From the NCBI RefSeq assembly GCF_009914755.1, contig NC_060930.1: DNA of 64,000 nt. The stretch is one strand, 5' to 3'. This stretch comes from the human T2T-CHM13v2.0 reference genome, Homo sapiens. Each line of letters starts with the position of its first letter. Within the stretch, counting starts at the first letter, position 1. The position numbers and the translations under genes were made by a program. The notes below the pieces were generated by a model, which saw only the letters and a list, made by a program, of their open reading frames with translations, did not search any database and had not been told where the DNA came from. Shown piece after piece: positions 1 through 14,859 of this stretch.

Positions 1-1297
1 TAAGTAAAAGGAAATCTTCCTTCCTACTGGTAATACCCAATGCTGCCTCAATTACTCATATAATCATATACTGGGAGTAATGTGCTATGTAGTGGAGTAA
101 ATTCTAAACTCTAATAAATGTGTGTTACCTCACTCTTCAACTCCACTTCAGCATTTAATCATTGTAATAAGGTATTTCTTAATACCACACTTAATTTCAA
201 ATATAATCCTTTTATATATGTATTAGATACAATGTATTTTTCATATCTAATATGTGTATTGTATGTTTATTTATTGTATGTTATTTAGATATGTTAATAT
301 ATTCATTAAAATTGGAGTTTTTAACAAAAATATTACAAATTAACATATAAAATAACTAAAAATATTAGGTTATATTATTTTGTCTATAGTTAGTATTAGC
401 AAAGTAATAATGAATTTATTAAGCTAATATATAAAATGACTAGTATTTACCTTTTTTCAGTAAGCAGGGAAAAATAATCGTGTTTAGACTATATGTAAGG
501 AACAGAATAGTACATTTATTTTCTAAATAGTTTACTTACTACTTTCAATTTTGTAATCTAATGAATTAGTTCCAATGTAAATACAGATTTAAAAGATGTA
601 TTCATTGTAAATAACTCTATAGGGAATATTTCTTCTTCAATGAAAATTTCAGTTTTGGAGATGGAAGTTTCTCATCAGTTCTAATTTCTCACCTATTCTA
701 ATGTTACTTTCTTGTGAATTCATGTTACCAAATGTATGCTGTACACACACATAGTAGGCCACCTTTTTCTCTTTCTACACTAATTTATTATTAGTTTTAT
801 ATCATTTTAGTAGTTTTATTGTTAATATTCATAATGTGAGAACATATTCCACTATTTTCCATATATATAGAAAGATTGAAATGTTTTAAATTACTTCAGT
901 ATTCCATAAAGTATATCAGACCCAAGATTAGAATTTATAAGTATTTGAAATTGTAAAAGTTTTAACATTCTAAGCGTAAGACACCTCTATTAAAATGTTT
1001 TTCACAAACATAATATCAGTTTTCTCTTCCCTCTAAAGTGATATTTTAAGAGACATTTTCTAGGAATGCTTTCTAAAGTAGCTTGAAATAAAGTAGACTT
1101 TTAATAGTGATTATAAAATAATTTTCTTTCCCAGGTGTTTGTATTAACAGATTTCTGTTGTCCCTTATTTGATAATGTGTTTTTATCTTCCAACATATTT
1201 ATACAAACTGAAATCTTTAAAAACAGAAAGTTCTTTTATTATGAATTTTTTTAGTATGTCTTAAAACCTGATCCCTATTTTTTTTTTTCCAATTAAG

Positions 1298-1432
1298 GTG
1301 AGAGGCCCTCCAGCTGCAGGGGCATTTAAAGAAAGACCAACCAAGCCCACAGCATTTCGAAAATTCTATGAGCGAGGTGACTTCCCAATTGCCCTTGAGC
1401 ATGATTCGAAAGGAAACAAAATCGCCTGGAAG
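1298..1432 (+). CDS. PACRG: Internal coding exon (exon 2) of Parkin coregulated gene protein, 45 codons, phase 0/0
   Basis: Translates to [45 protein letters not shown], which I recognise as PACRG. It is flanked by a T-rich tract plus AG (1296-1297) and the consensus donor AAG|GTAAGT (1433-1438). It is absent from the ORF track because it is a short internal exon. Confidence 0.97.
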
Positions 1433-3494
1433 GTAAGTCAGGGCACAGCTGTGCCGGCCAGCTGCACCCGCTGAAGTGACATCTCCCAATGCCAAACACA
1501 CTTGGCTGCTTAAGTAAATAAACTGGAGTCATTTCTCAGCACATGGAAGATGGTGGGAAAGCTCTTAGAGAAAGCCCCCCTGTGTCAGCCATCCACCTTG
1601 ACTAACAATTAAATTATAGCCTGCAAAGAAGAAAATGACAGAGTTGCTTTGCCTTAGAGAGTTGTCTGCTGCCCAATTCATCTCTATTTTTATGAGAACC
1701 TGGCAGCCCGGCCTGTTTCAGGCAGTCCATCAAATGATGGAACTGGTGGCTGGATACGGAGAGCAACAGCCATTTATCTCCCCCAGATTTCACCTTCCTG
1801 CAGGACACTTCCAAATGGAAGCTTTAATTACCTAAATGGATAGGTCAAGATTGTCTGCTCCCTGGAAATGCAGAGTAGAATACAAAAGCAGGCCGATCCC
1901 AATCCTGGCTCTCCTCTCCGTCCCCGCCTGTGTCAGCAAGCGCGATGGCTGTCACACGTGCCCTGTTAGAGGCTGACCTCCACCGCCAAAGCCATTACAG
2001 CACGGACATTTTTCTGACAAAAGGTTAATTGGCTTCAAAATAAATGTATTGCCTAATGACTCCATTCTAATGTGGTTGTGTTCCTTTGTAAAAGGCTCAC
2101 TGATGTTATTTGTAAAAACTTGCCAATCTCTTAACCGGAGAAGGCTTTTACATTTAATCTGAGAAAAATAAATGCTGGTCTCTAACCAGCTTCTGCTATT
2201 TAATTATTGTTGTTATCAAAGACTTTGCTTTTGGTGATATTTATCAACTAAAAGGGCTTCTCTGCCTACAGACAGCAAAGCAGTTGTGCACACTTATGAG
2301 TATCACATCAGGTTAAGGACAAGAAAAGGTTTTGGCCAACTATTAGTTAAATTAAGCAATTGACACATTTAACTGGGAAGTCCAGCAGTCGTGACCAAAA
2401 GCAAATCAGGAATTGTTTTTAATTAGTAACAAATAAATTTATGTTAAAAATAAAAGTACAAATCAGAGAAATCAAAGTAAATAGCTTAAAAAGGTGCATT
2501 AAAATTAAATTTTTCCTTCCTGTATAGACACATTGAAAGGATTATTGCATTATATCTAGTATGTCTTTTGAAATATTTTCATATTGTTATCAAACATTTC
2601 TAATTCTTGAGCAGTCATCCAATATCAGTTATTGAACTTAGAATTATTCCAACTTATATTACAAGAGGAACTTGGTAGTATCCTTATTAGGAAACCTTAC
2701 TATAAAATTTTGGGGGGGTGGGAAAGAGGTGAGTAACATTATTATCTCCTTTATAATAGTGTCTGTTAGAATGTGAACTTGTTATGTGAAAATGTACGTA
2801 TGATGAGAAAAAATTTATAGCGTGTATAACTAACTTTCATACTTTAGTCTTAATATAAGCATATATTTCCAAAGTTTTGTTTGGATTTTTGGATTCATAT
2901 ATTTGATTGGTTGCATGGATTTTGTGTTTGCCTGTCTATGTACTGGCTCATAGATATGTACTGGCTCCAAGATAATACAATGGAGTTTCTTCAAAACCTG
3001 ATTCCTGTTGAGTAAAATAATATGTCATAATTCTTTATAAAAAGGGAGTGGCTTTTGGTGTTTTAGGTAATTATAACCTACACATAAATTGTATTAATGA
3101 AAATAAATTATATAGATTTACTATGATTCAAATAATTTTATGAGCAACCTTTAGAAGTGTAGAGACTAGAAAAAATCATTTTGAAAATAAATTATTAATA
3201 AAAATATGAGATGAATCATTTTCTTTATCTTTGATAATCCAACAGTCAGCAGGGATATAAAATGCTTTTCTTTTTTATGGATATATTAATTCTCTTAAGC
3301 TACTATTGATTATAGTACTGATTCAGCAAGCTAAAAAGTAATAAAAAGAAGAAACAATTTCTTTGCTGTCACTGGTAGTATAATAGCATAAATTTAGGAA
3401 AACATCTTATTCCGGAAGCTGTGGACTTCTTTTAGACAGTAGCTACTACATTTTAATTGCATTACTGTAACACTGAAGATAAGACATTAAGATT

Positions 3495-3802
3495 ATTTTT
3501 TATTTTATTTATTTATTTTTTGAGACGGAGTCTCGCTCTGTCCCCCAGGCTAGAGCGCAGTGACACGATCTTGGCTCACTGCAACCTCCGCCTCCTGGGT
3601 TCACGCCATTCTCCTGCCTCAGCCTCCCGAGTAGCTGGGACTACAGGCTCCCGCCACCACGCCCGGCTAATTTTTTGTATTTTTAGTAGAGACGGGGTTT
3701 CACTGTGTTAGCCAGGATGGTCTCGATCTCCTGACCTCGTGATCCGCCTGTCTCAGCTTCCCAAAGTGCTGGGATTACAGGCGTGAGCCACCGCGCCCAG
3801 CC
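3495..3802 (-). mobile_element. AluY-type SINE, full length
   Basis: Dimeric Alu with Y-type TCACGCCATT and GTTAGCCAGGATGGTCTCGATCTCC. 14-bp TSD AAGACATTAAGATT at 3481-3494 and 3803-3816. Confidence 0.95.
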
Positions 3803-4668
3803 AAGACATTAAGATTGTTAAACATAGGCTTGGGAACCATCTGTCCATAGTTTCATATTTATTTCGTGGCACATTTGATGAAAGGACAATCTGGTGCTAA
3901 GTAGGAGGAGGGACTTGTTTTAGGATGCCATTCTTAAGGAAGAACTCTTGAGTGTTGAAGGAAGCAGGGCGATCCGTCCCCCACAAAAAACTAAAAGCAA
4001 GAGGCCAAGACCCTGCACTCTTCTCTTGTGTGTGGGCAGAGCACCGGTTTCTGGTCATGCAAACCTCTGGTCTCAATGTCATAGCTCATCCCTCACTGAG
4101 GACTGCTGAGGAGCAGTGCTTCCCTCCGAGGATACCGGCCCTCTCTCAACTCTCCTCAGACACCCTAGAGACTCCAAGTGGACTTGTGAGCACCTGAAAT
4201 GATGCACATAACTAAGTGAGAAGCAGGTCTGTTGCTTTTATCAGTGTTTCCAGAGCCTGTGGCTCCGAAGGACTTAGGATGCACTGGCTGTAAACCCCGG
4301 CACAGGCTGCCCCAGCCTCTCACGGTCATTCCAGTCTGTGAATGTGCTGGTCTGGGGATCCCTCCCCAGGTCCTCAGACTCCTCTTCTATTTGTTCTGGA
4401 TTAGCTGACCTGATCTTCACCAGGTTAGGAACCATTGTGTGTTCTTGAAATAACAAAGGCACTCTATGGTAACATCAGAAAGTAGAAGCAAGAGTTAGAG
4501 ACAGACAGATGTCTTTGCATGCTTAGGTTTCTCAGCCCACGCCCTGCTCTCAGTACCAGTTTCATGCACATGGAAGTGGTCATTAGTTCCAGATGCCAAA
4601 ACAACGTGGCAGGCTGCGTGTCATCGTCTCTGCAGCTTCGTCTCTTTCTTGTGGCATCTCTGAAGATT

Positions 4669-4868
4669 GCAGCAGTGTCTGATCCAACAGTCTGCAGTGG
4701 TGGAAATGTTCTACATCTGCACCGTCTAATATGGTACAATTGGCCATATGTGGTGATTAAGCACTTGAAATGTGCCTACGGAGACTGAGGAACTCAATTT
4801 TTAATTTTATTTAATTTTAATTAATTTTAATTTAAATAGCCACGTGGTTACCATATTAGACCATGCAG
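4669..4868 (+). mobile_element. MER3 (hAT-Charlie non-autonomous DNA transposon)
   Basis: Matches the remembered MER3 consensus: GGAAATGTTCTA.ATCTGC ... AGCACTTGAAATGTG ... GACTGAGGAACT.AATTTTTAATTTTATTTAATT ... AAATAGCCAC. Confidence 0.8.
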
Positions 4869-6739
4869 CTACAGATTAAGATAATGGCAGTCAAAAATAA
4901 ATGCCTGAATCTGCTACCCAGATAGATAGAAGGCTATCACTGTGTTAGAATTTTTATTATTAAAGTGAAAAAACGGGACTCATCTGTGGATTTTTTGTCA
5001 TGGTTTTCTATGCATATCATAAATTTATTAGTAAATGTGAGAAACGTTTTGCAAAATGTTTGTAGTGAAAATTTCTATATACTTATCAATGGCAAGTTCA
5101 TGAGCTATGAAAGTTGAATAAATCTCATCTCGAATATGAAATCTACCGGCAAGCCCAGGAATAGCTTTTTTTTTAATTTTTAAATATGCATTTTCTAAAT
5201 ATCACTAAAGAATTCTTGATTATCAATGGTTGTAGTTATAAAAAAGCATAAGGAATACTTAAACAAAAAAAATGTTAATCTGTTTCTTTTGCTACATTTT
5301 CCTTGACCCCTCTAACATTTGGGAAATACGACTGTTGATTCTTTTGCTGTCTTCAATATCCACATTATTGGCAACAAGTGAGAAAAGAGCTAAGCTGTCT
5401 GGATAAGTTACAAAGCAGATAATCAGATGAACGATGGAATTTTAAAAATTGTGTTTGAGTTTTCTCATCTTAAATTGCCATCCTTTAATTTTCTGTCCTT
5501 CTGTAATATAAATCGCACACTTCTAATGATGGTGATCGGGGTGGGGACGGGGCTCTTTGTAAAGGTTTTCCATATGGGCACCTGGGGAGGGAAGAAATGC
5601 TATATGAATTGGTAAAATACATGGCCCATTGTCTCTACCTCTGCTGTGTAAATAAAGAGCGAAGAGAAGCATACAAGTGGTTTTGAAACGGTCTCTTCAA
5701 TAGAGACCTCGAGAGAAAGAGATGAAGATAAATACCTGAGGCACTGTTAATTTTTAGAAATAACTATATCATATTATAAACCATTCATTTATTTTGAAGA
5801 TGGAAACAGCTACACCTACATAAAGGTGTCTCTAAAATCTTTCACTTTCTAGGCATTTTGATGTAGTAGATATTGATACAGGTCATCTTTCTCCATGATA
5901 ACGTGCTACGTGACAGAATATGACATGCACTAAGACGGTCTTGTTTTCCACTAAATTTCTAATAACCAGGCGTAAGAATGTCCCAGGTATCAGAGATATT
6001 TGAATAGGACGTAGATAAACCTGTAATCCTCTAGGAAAATCAGGATAGAATACCACCCTTTTATGCATGCAACAAAATCACAAACCTCTCAAATTTGAAA
6101 GGGAGAAACTCAAAATGGACTTGTATTTTGTCCAAAATCCTTCCCCACTGCCCGCACAGCACCCGATCAACCCACACCCGGCAATGTCATGATGGTCCTT
6201 GTCCAGAGTAGCAGACATGCCAGAGGCCTTTCTGCGTTCTTGTTTTTTCTTCTTTGACACGTAAATGATATTCCATAGCCACCTATATTGAAATGAATAA
6301 AACCAGAACTGATACATATGAGCAGGTATATGTGAGAATGGACTTAGGTGGCCTCTACTCACTGCCAAAAATGTATCTTCCTCACTGCCCTATTAGAGAA
6401 TATGAAATCTCACCATGGAGGCAAATTTCCCCTTAGGTTAATATAGTAATTTTACCTGTTGATTAAAATTTAGATCTCCAGACTTTGTTTTGTATTAAAA
6501 AATGACTTATTAATCAGGTAACTATACACATTTAATACTTTTTATAAATAAATGTTGACATACATATGTCATTTATATATTTATACCCCACATTATTTCA
6601 AAACGGATTTAAATTGTCTTACAAAAAAACTATAAAGTCAGCAAAAATAAGAGATGAGAGAAATGAAAACCATAGGGACCCAAAATGGATCCAGTAACAA
6701 TGTTAGTAAAAACAGGCATATCCTGAAATCCTATAAGGC

Positions 6740-6842
6740 GAGATCTTTGTCTGTATTTCTGGTTTATTCACTCACTTTCCTGGTACCTAGAACAGTACTG
6801 TCACAGGGCAGGTGCCCAGGGATATTTGTTGAATGCAAGTAA
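6740..6842 (+). mobile_element. L2 3'-end fragment
   Basis: CCTAGAACAGT.CTG.CACA...AGGTGC.CA...ATATTTGTTGAATG, the typical L2 terminus. Confidence 0.6.
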
Positions 6843-9800
6843 AGCATACAGGAGCTGATTGTTTTTAAGTTTTATTTCTCTTGCTTCGTAGGCCTCACTT
6901 TCCTTATCTGTAAGTGACAACAATATACCAGGTGATTTCTATGGCCCTTTTAAATTATGAGCATTCAAATAAGTTTTGTTTCATAATTATTAAAATAATT
7001 GTATTTTGATATGTTGGTGGAATACTTCAAAGAACAAATATTGAGTACAAATTTGCCACAGAGATCAATTCTTCTGGTAGCAAAATGGAAATATTAGCAG
7101 CAGCACATTTAATTTGAATCCATAGCACTTTAGGTTCCAGAATGATATGCAACGGTCTTGAGGGGGTTGAACTTTTACCAGGAGGATGCTCTTTAGGTTA
7201 TACACGAATGCTTTCCAATGACTACTCATCCCTTAAAGTTTGCTTTCAAAATGACAAATTCGCTTCCCTTTCTAAAGGACTGAAAATATATGTTGCACTT
7301 GAACACCCAAGTAAAGGAAATGCTGTGAATAAATTAATTAGATGCATAAATCAGCCTTTATAATTTCCACTGATGGTGTCTCAGACAACACCTTTAATTA
7401 TGTGTTGACTGACAATTCCATTCAGTATTTCTTCTCTGGCATTTTCTCCTTTTTTTCTAGTTCTTTTTATTTCTCAGCAGCATTGGTATTCAGGAACTAT
7501 AAAAATCTCTGTCAATGTGACTGTTTTCATTGACATAACTGATAATTTCCTAGTAGGAAAAACAGTTATTGCATATAATTATTATAAAAATATGCACACA
7601 TTTTCTTACAATTAAAATCAGCCCAACTGAGGATAGCTCATTATCTGTAAATATTACTGCATTTTAAAGTAAATCACACTGTGATGTGATACTCGATCCA
7701 TTTGCTATCAGAATATTCACAAGATTCCGTAATTTTGAGTTATAATTTAGTCCCTTGGTACCTTCAATTTCTTAATGTTTCAATTTCTTAAGGATTTTAA
7801 AAAAATAATGCTATATCTGTTGCCCCTAAGGTAAAACTGATATTGACTTTTGAAATCTTGTAGGCAAATTTATTTGAGCTGAATAATTTGTTTCACATCA
7901 AGGAGAATGAATGTTCTCTTGGAATTGTCCTGGGTTTCTATTTCTTTTGATAACTGCCAAAGCTTGAGTTTGGATAATAGGACTTAGTAGAATTTGCAAG
8001 GCAAATTTTACAAGAGAAGTGACAATTTACCTGATTTTTGTACAAGAGATCTGCCACGTTCCCACAATTATTTCCTTTGTGATTAATTAATAGACAGAGC
8101 TTATTCCAGAAGTTTTGAAAAAAAAAATCCTCTGGCAATGAGTGTACTATTCTTAATGCCATTCTTTTATTTGATGTAAATTGTTACATCTTAAAAGTGT
8201 ATAGCATGAAAATACAGCCATGTATTAGAAATAACTTTTATTTAAATTGGTTAGATGACCTCTGAAAACCAGATGAAAGATTTTCTGCTGAATGGGCTGG
8301 TGCTCCCTGCTGCCTATATAATTTATGTGAGAAATTAGTGCAAATGGTTCACTTTTATGTAGCAGAGCTGCTTGTAGCAAGCCTGCAGAAACAATTTTCC
8401 CCCAAGCCTCCATCTGTTCTTCAAACTAGGGCATACGCCATCTCATCGAGCTTGAAAGTCAACTGATTTATAACTCCTGGAAAGTGTATAGATTGAAAAG
8501 AAAGGTCGACTGCTGCTCTGTGACAGTGATTTGTTTGGCATTGGCTAAAGACAATTCACATTACCAGGGACCCAAGGGAAACAAGAAATGTTGTAAGTTT
8601 CAGATCTCAGTAGACTGACAACTAGAAGAAAAACAAATCACTCCTGCTTTTTAAGTCAGACGACCACCAGGGTTGAAAAGTAGGTCTTGGTAGTGTTAAG
8701 GGTGCCAAAGCTAAGCTGCCACCCATATTGTCACTTAGCACCTCATGAAGAAATGTGTCACTGCCCACCCTCTCAGTGGTAAATGTTGACGTTGTAGAAG
8801 TATCAATACTCTAATTTTTAAACACAAAATATGTGTCACTGCTTGTCAGAATGTTCTGTTTGGAGACACAAATTGGTCTTTGATGAATTTTCTGTATCTA
8901 CCCAAGGATAATCTCCAGTTGTATTCCAATTAGTAATTTAATGAACAGTTCGCTCCTGTCTTATCACTCGTCACACGTCTCTTCTCTTTACTGAAGCACT
9001 ATTGAGATCAAAAGTCCTTTGACAGATGACAAATGGAATCAGATTGGCAGTATGCTTGTAAACAACAACAAGAAAATCATTCTTTGTTTGATGTTTTCCT
9101 TTGAGTAGTCAAAGTATCATCCTCCCAGATAACAACTTTTAGTCTATTGAAGTTTTTGTTGTCTTTTTTCTACATGTATGTATGTTTTTTATTTTGTCGA
9201 AACTGTGTTTCACATGATAATTTTTAAGGAACTCAAAGGAACATTCATGGTCCTAATTAAGACAGGAGATTGATAGTGGACATACTGCCACAGGAATTCT
9301 AATAGTTTTTTCCAGTTTAATGACAACGAAAAAGACAATCATCTTTTAATGTGCAGGTTTAAGTTTTCAGCGGTCATTACTAAGACCTTTGGAAAGGAGA
9401 TACCCAAACATGTTTCTATGCAAAGCTCCATGTTAGCAGGGATGCACATACATGGCTTTTCCTGTAGTAATTCTCATGGTATGGTGCCCAACCACGTAAG
9501 CAGGCTTGCCTTTGTGAGCATGTCATTACCATGTTTTTGAAGAGCAGAGTAACTACTATTTTCACAAAGTTCATTATGTATGAAGCACATTTCTTGCTAT
9601 TGGGAAAAGTATAGAAATGGACAGAGTTGACAGAATCATTTTAAAGCCAACCTCTGCCCCTACTCTAAGAGACTGTCTTTACAACAAATACTCCTACAGA
9701 ATTTCCAAGATTGGGTTCTAATCTGAGTAAAAGAAAACCCATCAACCTTTGTAGCCATAAATTCTCAAATTTTGAGTTCTTATTTAGATTGATCTCTCTC

Positions 9801-10098
9801 TGTTCATTCATAGTTTTAAGCACTTAAAAAAAACAGGTATATGGTTTGAATATTTCTGAATTCTTGAATATCTTGAAAATATAAAATTTCAACTTTCATG
9901 TACATAAAACACAATTTAATTGAAATTAGCATTCTTAAATTACAATTGCTTCCCTTCATATCTCTTTAGAAGATAACATCTTTGTATTCTATTAATGACA
10001 TATGTTATGTTAGGTATATTATAACACATGTATTATAACATGTATTATAACATATATGTATATGTATAACATATAACATATGTTATTATGTTATGTAT

Positions 10099-10271
10099 AT
10101 CCAATTCCATTGATCTCATTTTCTGTAGAAATTCCCTTTATTTTCTGCCTGCACATTTGTTATTATACTGATTTGCCGTTGCATGTTACATTTTCCTTTT
10201 TCTGTATCTTCACAGATAATTTTGTGGTATGTGGAGAGATACTGTGTCAGAGATTTGTGTCAAGATGCTAT
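10099..10271 (+). repeat. Copy 1 of a ~170-bp dispersed direct duplication
   Basis: ATCCAATTCCATTGATCTCATTTTCTGTAGAAATTCC ... GTGTCAAGATGCTAT recurs nearly identically at 11581-11748. Confidence 0.93.
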
Positions 10272-10480
10272 GTATATATGCTGAAAAATTAAGACTAGCC
10301 TGATTTTATTCCTTTAATGTCAATGTATTGTTTGTTTGTTTGTTTTGTTTAACAGCCTTGGTAAATGCACTATTTTTGTGTAATTAAAAATTGCTTCCAT
10401 GTATTTTTCTTTTCCTTTTGTGTATTCTTCCTTTAGTACAGTAAGCTTATTGTCTACTTACTTGAAACTTTCTCAACTGA

Positions 10481-10963
<483 letters not shown>

Positions 10964-11580
10964 AGAGCTTTCTTATGTTTTCTATTTTTGTTGGTATGGA
11001 TCTATCCATTACTGCCACCAGTTCAAATTTTAGCTGTGCTTAGGTAAACTGCCCTGCACCTGGCCAATACCCAGTGTCTAGCATGAGCATGTTTCACCTG
11101 GTCTTATTCTGTTGGCCTAAAAGGGGACTTTGTAACTTCTGACACTGAGATAGCTGGAGTACACAAACACCTATAATCCCTAAAAGGCACAGGTACCCAG
11201 CTCTGTCTTTGCCTGCCTTTACCTATAGCATTTTGCTTGTGGGACACACTGCTTTCTAGGACAGAATGCAATGTGGTACCAGAAATCTCTGTCCCTACAG
11301 AGATTTGTTGTTGTTTCTTGAGTTGACTGTGAATGGATGTAGGAAGGGTGAATGGAAGTGGATAGTGCTTTGTCTTGAAAGGCAACTACTTCAAGGTAGC
11401 AGGCTGGTGGCCTAGTCCCTCCCGCCCCCACCATCACCCTTTTATTCTAGACCTTATGTTTCTGACCGGGCCAGGAAGGGGGATCAGAAAGTGTGGGAGA
11501 GATGAAAAAGCTGACTACCTACCTTTGGATTGGTGCCTCTGGTTGCAAAACATAAGTTGACTATGAATTGTGGTTTTCCA

Positions 11581-11748
11581 ATCCAATTCCATTGATCTCA
11601 TTTTCTGTAGAAATTCCTTTTATTTTCTGCCTGCACATTTGTTATTATACAGATTTGCCGTTGCATTTTCCTCTTTTTCTGTATCTTCATAGATAATTTT
11701 GTGGTATGTTGGGAGATACTGTGTCAGAGATTCGTGTCAAGATGCTAT
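11581..11748 (+). repeat. Copy 2 of the ~170-bp dispersed direct duplication
   Basis: Aligns to 10099-10271 with a few substitutions and small indels. Confidence 0.93.
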
Positions 11749-12499
11749 TTAAAAACACTGAGTCCAATTCATTTTTGTGCATTAATGGACTATATTCCTT
11801 TGCAGAGAAGTAATGTGATCTCATTAACAGGCTACAGTGACTTGTCTATTCATAAAGGAATTGAGTACTTATAATGGGAAAGACATGGTGCTGAGCTCTG
11901 TAACCTGCATAATATGAGTTCTGGTCTTAAGAAGCTTATTGACTAGAATAGATCACTATTCAAGGAAGAAACCGAAAGTCCTTTCAAAGAGTATATATCA
12001 AGTCTTAAGACAGATTGCTTCCGCTTGCATAGATCATAATTCTTAATCCTTTATGCAGTATGTGTTAAACATTTGCTGCTTCAGTGATCTGGTTCAAATA
12101 ATTTCTGTAGACAAACTTTTCAAATTGAGAGTCTCTATAAAACTTTTGCCAGTTCATAAATGGTTATCTATTTCAGGGAGTGCAGCTTGCTGACACTTTT
12201 GTTTTTCTTGTATTTCAGTTTTTTTAATTGCCATATTAAGAAATAATAAATTTTACCTTTAAAATGACCTTTAGGTAGTCAATCCACATACCTATGTATC
12301 TACATATTGTGGCAATCCCAAGTATCAATAAGATATTACTGACTTCAGTGTTCTACTCTGTACTTTGAAATAAACACTTTGAAAAAAATTATGTTTTTAC
12401 CTATTTGTGAATTTTAAAGGTTTATCGTGCTTGGGATTCAGTCTGATTTAAGTCTGAAGACTTCTGGAGTCATGATTAAATACGAGCTGGGCTTTCTCA

Positions 12500-13170
12500 T
12501 TCCAGCTTTCACATCTCTGCATCTCCGTTCTCTTATTTTCTATCTTTTTAAATCACCGTGTTTCATTCACTTTTTAATTCACTGTGTGTTGTAGGTGATT
12601 TCCTCAACTCTGTCTTCCAACTTAATAATTTACTAGTTTAATCTACTGTATAATTTGTTGAAATTTTTTCAAATTTACTTTCAGTGAATATCAATTCTGG
12701 AATTTATATTTGTTTCTTAAAAAGATCTGCCTACTCTTATATTTTTCTCACTTTATGGTTTCTCTTACTATCTTTATTAGATTGTATTTTTAAGTCACTC
12801 ATTTGAGGTTCTTTTTCACACTCATCTATTATCTTGAGCTCCTGGGGTGTGACTTGGAATCTGCCTTCTGTGGGAGGCCCTCGCGGCCTGGGTTGTGAAG
12901 GCACCCGTGTGCTGTGCTTTCAGGTTCGTCTCTGCAGGACACACATTCTGAACCTCTTTTGATGTGAATCAGCCTTCACGTTTCCTCACTGGGCTCCTGC
13001 TCACTGCTCTAGATTTGAGTTTCCCTTTCATTTCTGGGGACTTAGTATTTGCCTATCTTACTTTTGAGAATGGCTATGCATTTATTTATTTTATTTTATT
13101 TTATTTTATTTTTCTTCCCGTATTTATAGTTTTGGCCATATTGACCAGAGGTCTATTAATTCTGTAAAAT
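12500..13170 (-). mobile_element. Probable highly diverged ancient L1M fragment
   Basis: T-rich degenerate sequence resembling the antisense strand of old L1. No subfamily could be assigned and the boundaries are approximate. Confidence 0.35.
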
Positions 13171-13601
13171 TGTTTTCTCAATTAACTGAATATCTTCGCT
13201 TACATGCAGATTAAAGTACCATCTTGAGATGTAATCTTTCCTCAATGTCAGACCAATTCTAATACTTCCTCAAGTACAAAAAAAATCAATAGAATAAAAT
13301 ATGTTTTGTATTTCCCATGGAAGTCCCTTTATGTAAGCAAGTTACCTTTATGTAAGCTAATGTGTATTGCATGATTGTGTATGTGTGTGTGTAATCAAAC
13401 ACACATAAATTAAAACTCTGTTGAACATAGCAAAACTTGGGTTTGGAAAAATCACAAGGAAAAGACATAAAAATTTTGTGCCAACCCACAACTCTCATTT
13501 TTGTATGTATATAGTACGTGCATGTGTATGTGTGTATTTACATGTATATGCAAATATGTGTAGACATTTTGTTCCTATTTCAGTACTGGAGTAAAGATTT
13601 T

Positions 13602-13913
<312 letters not shown>

Positions 13914-14859
13914 AAGATTTTAATTGTCATACTGTAAAATTAAGGTGGGTGGGGTTATCCTAAGGAGACCTTTATCTTCTCAATATTCATATCTATTACT
14001 ATGAATCTCTTGAGAAGCATTAACCCTTCCAATGGAAAACATCTTTCAAATGCTTTCCATTTGCAGTAAGTTGCATAACATTTTACTAAACATCATTCAA
14101 TACTTTTTAAAAATCAACAAATTATAGCATTGGATTGGAGGTAATTTAGTGTTTAGAAATCATCTTCATAGAAATAATCACTGTAGACTTGTTATTAATT
14201 TTTATTTTTGAAGAGTTGCTTGGGTAATGATTAAGTAATTTATATATGCACAAAAAGACTTCATTTACATAAATTTTTATTTATATATTTTAAATGCATT
14301 ATGAGAAGTGCTAGTGTATTAGATTGGTAATATTAAAACCACAAGTCAAAAAATACAAAAGTTAAGATTTTTATAATTCTATTTGGGAATCTCTAGCTTT
14401 TTCTGTTGGTGTGGGCTATAATTTCAACACTGCATTATTCTAACTTATTACATTTAATAAACTAACAATTGGGACTAGCTTCAAATCTCAAGCAGCAATT
14501 TAGTAGATGGTTCATTTCATGAGAAAGAAATATGGACTATGGTGACTATGACTGTACTATTGCAGAAATGGAAGAAAGTGAAAGTAAAATGTATTGGTTA
14601 GTTGCAATATTACCAGTAATATTTTGTCTGGCCAATAATATTAGAATGTAGATCAATTTGCACAAATAATGAGCTCCACGACCAAATGAATAATCCTCTA
14701 TGGAATATACTAGTATTGCAGAAAACCTTTTTGGTAAGAAATTTTGCATGCTATTACTGTAAAGCATCATTATTTGGCTTCTTAAATAATCACTTTGTTC
14801 TTCTCATCACTTGATGTCTTGTACTTTATACATCAGACATCTCTGTGCATGTAGATTAC

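Noticed and set aside
1-1200. Very AT-rich stretch upstream of the exon
   Set aside because: No discrete repeat unit or element could be supported by eye. It is ordinary AT-rich intron, possibly decayed L1.
1217-1532. Minus-strand ORFs (94 and 68 aa) overlapping the exon
   Set aside because: Antisense shadows of the PACRG exon. The real frame is on the + strand and bounded by splice sites.
2937-2975. Short direct repeat TATGTACTGGCTC x2
   Set aside because: A simple slippage duplication with no sign of function.
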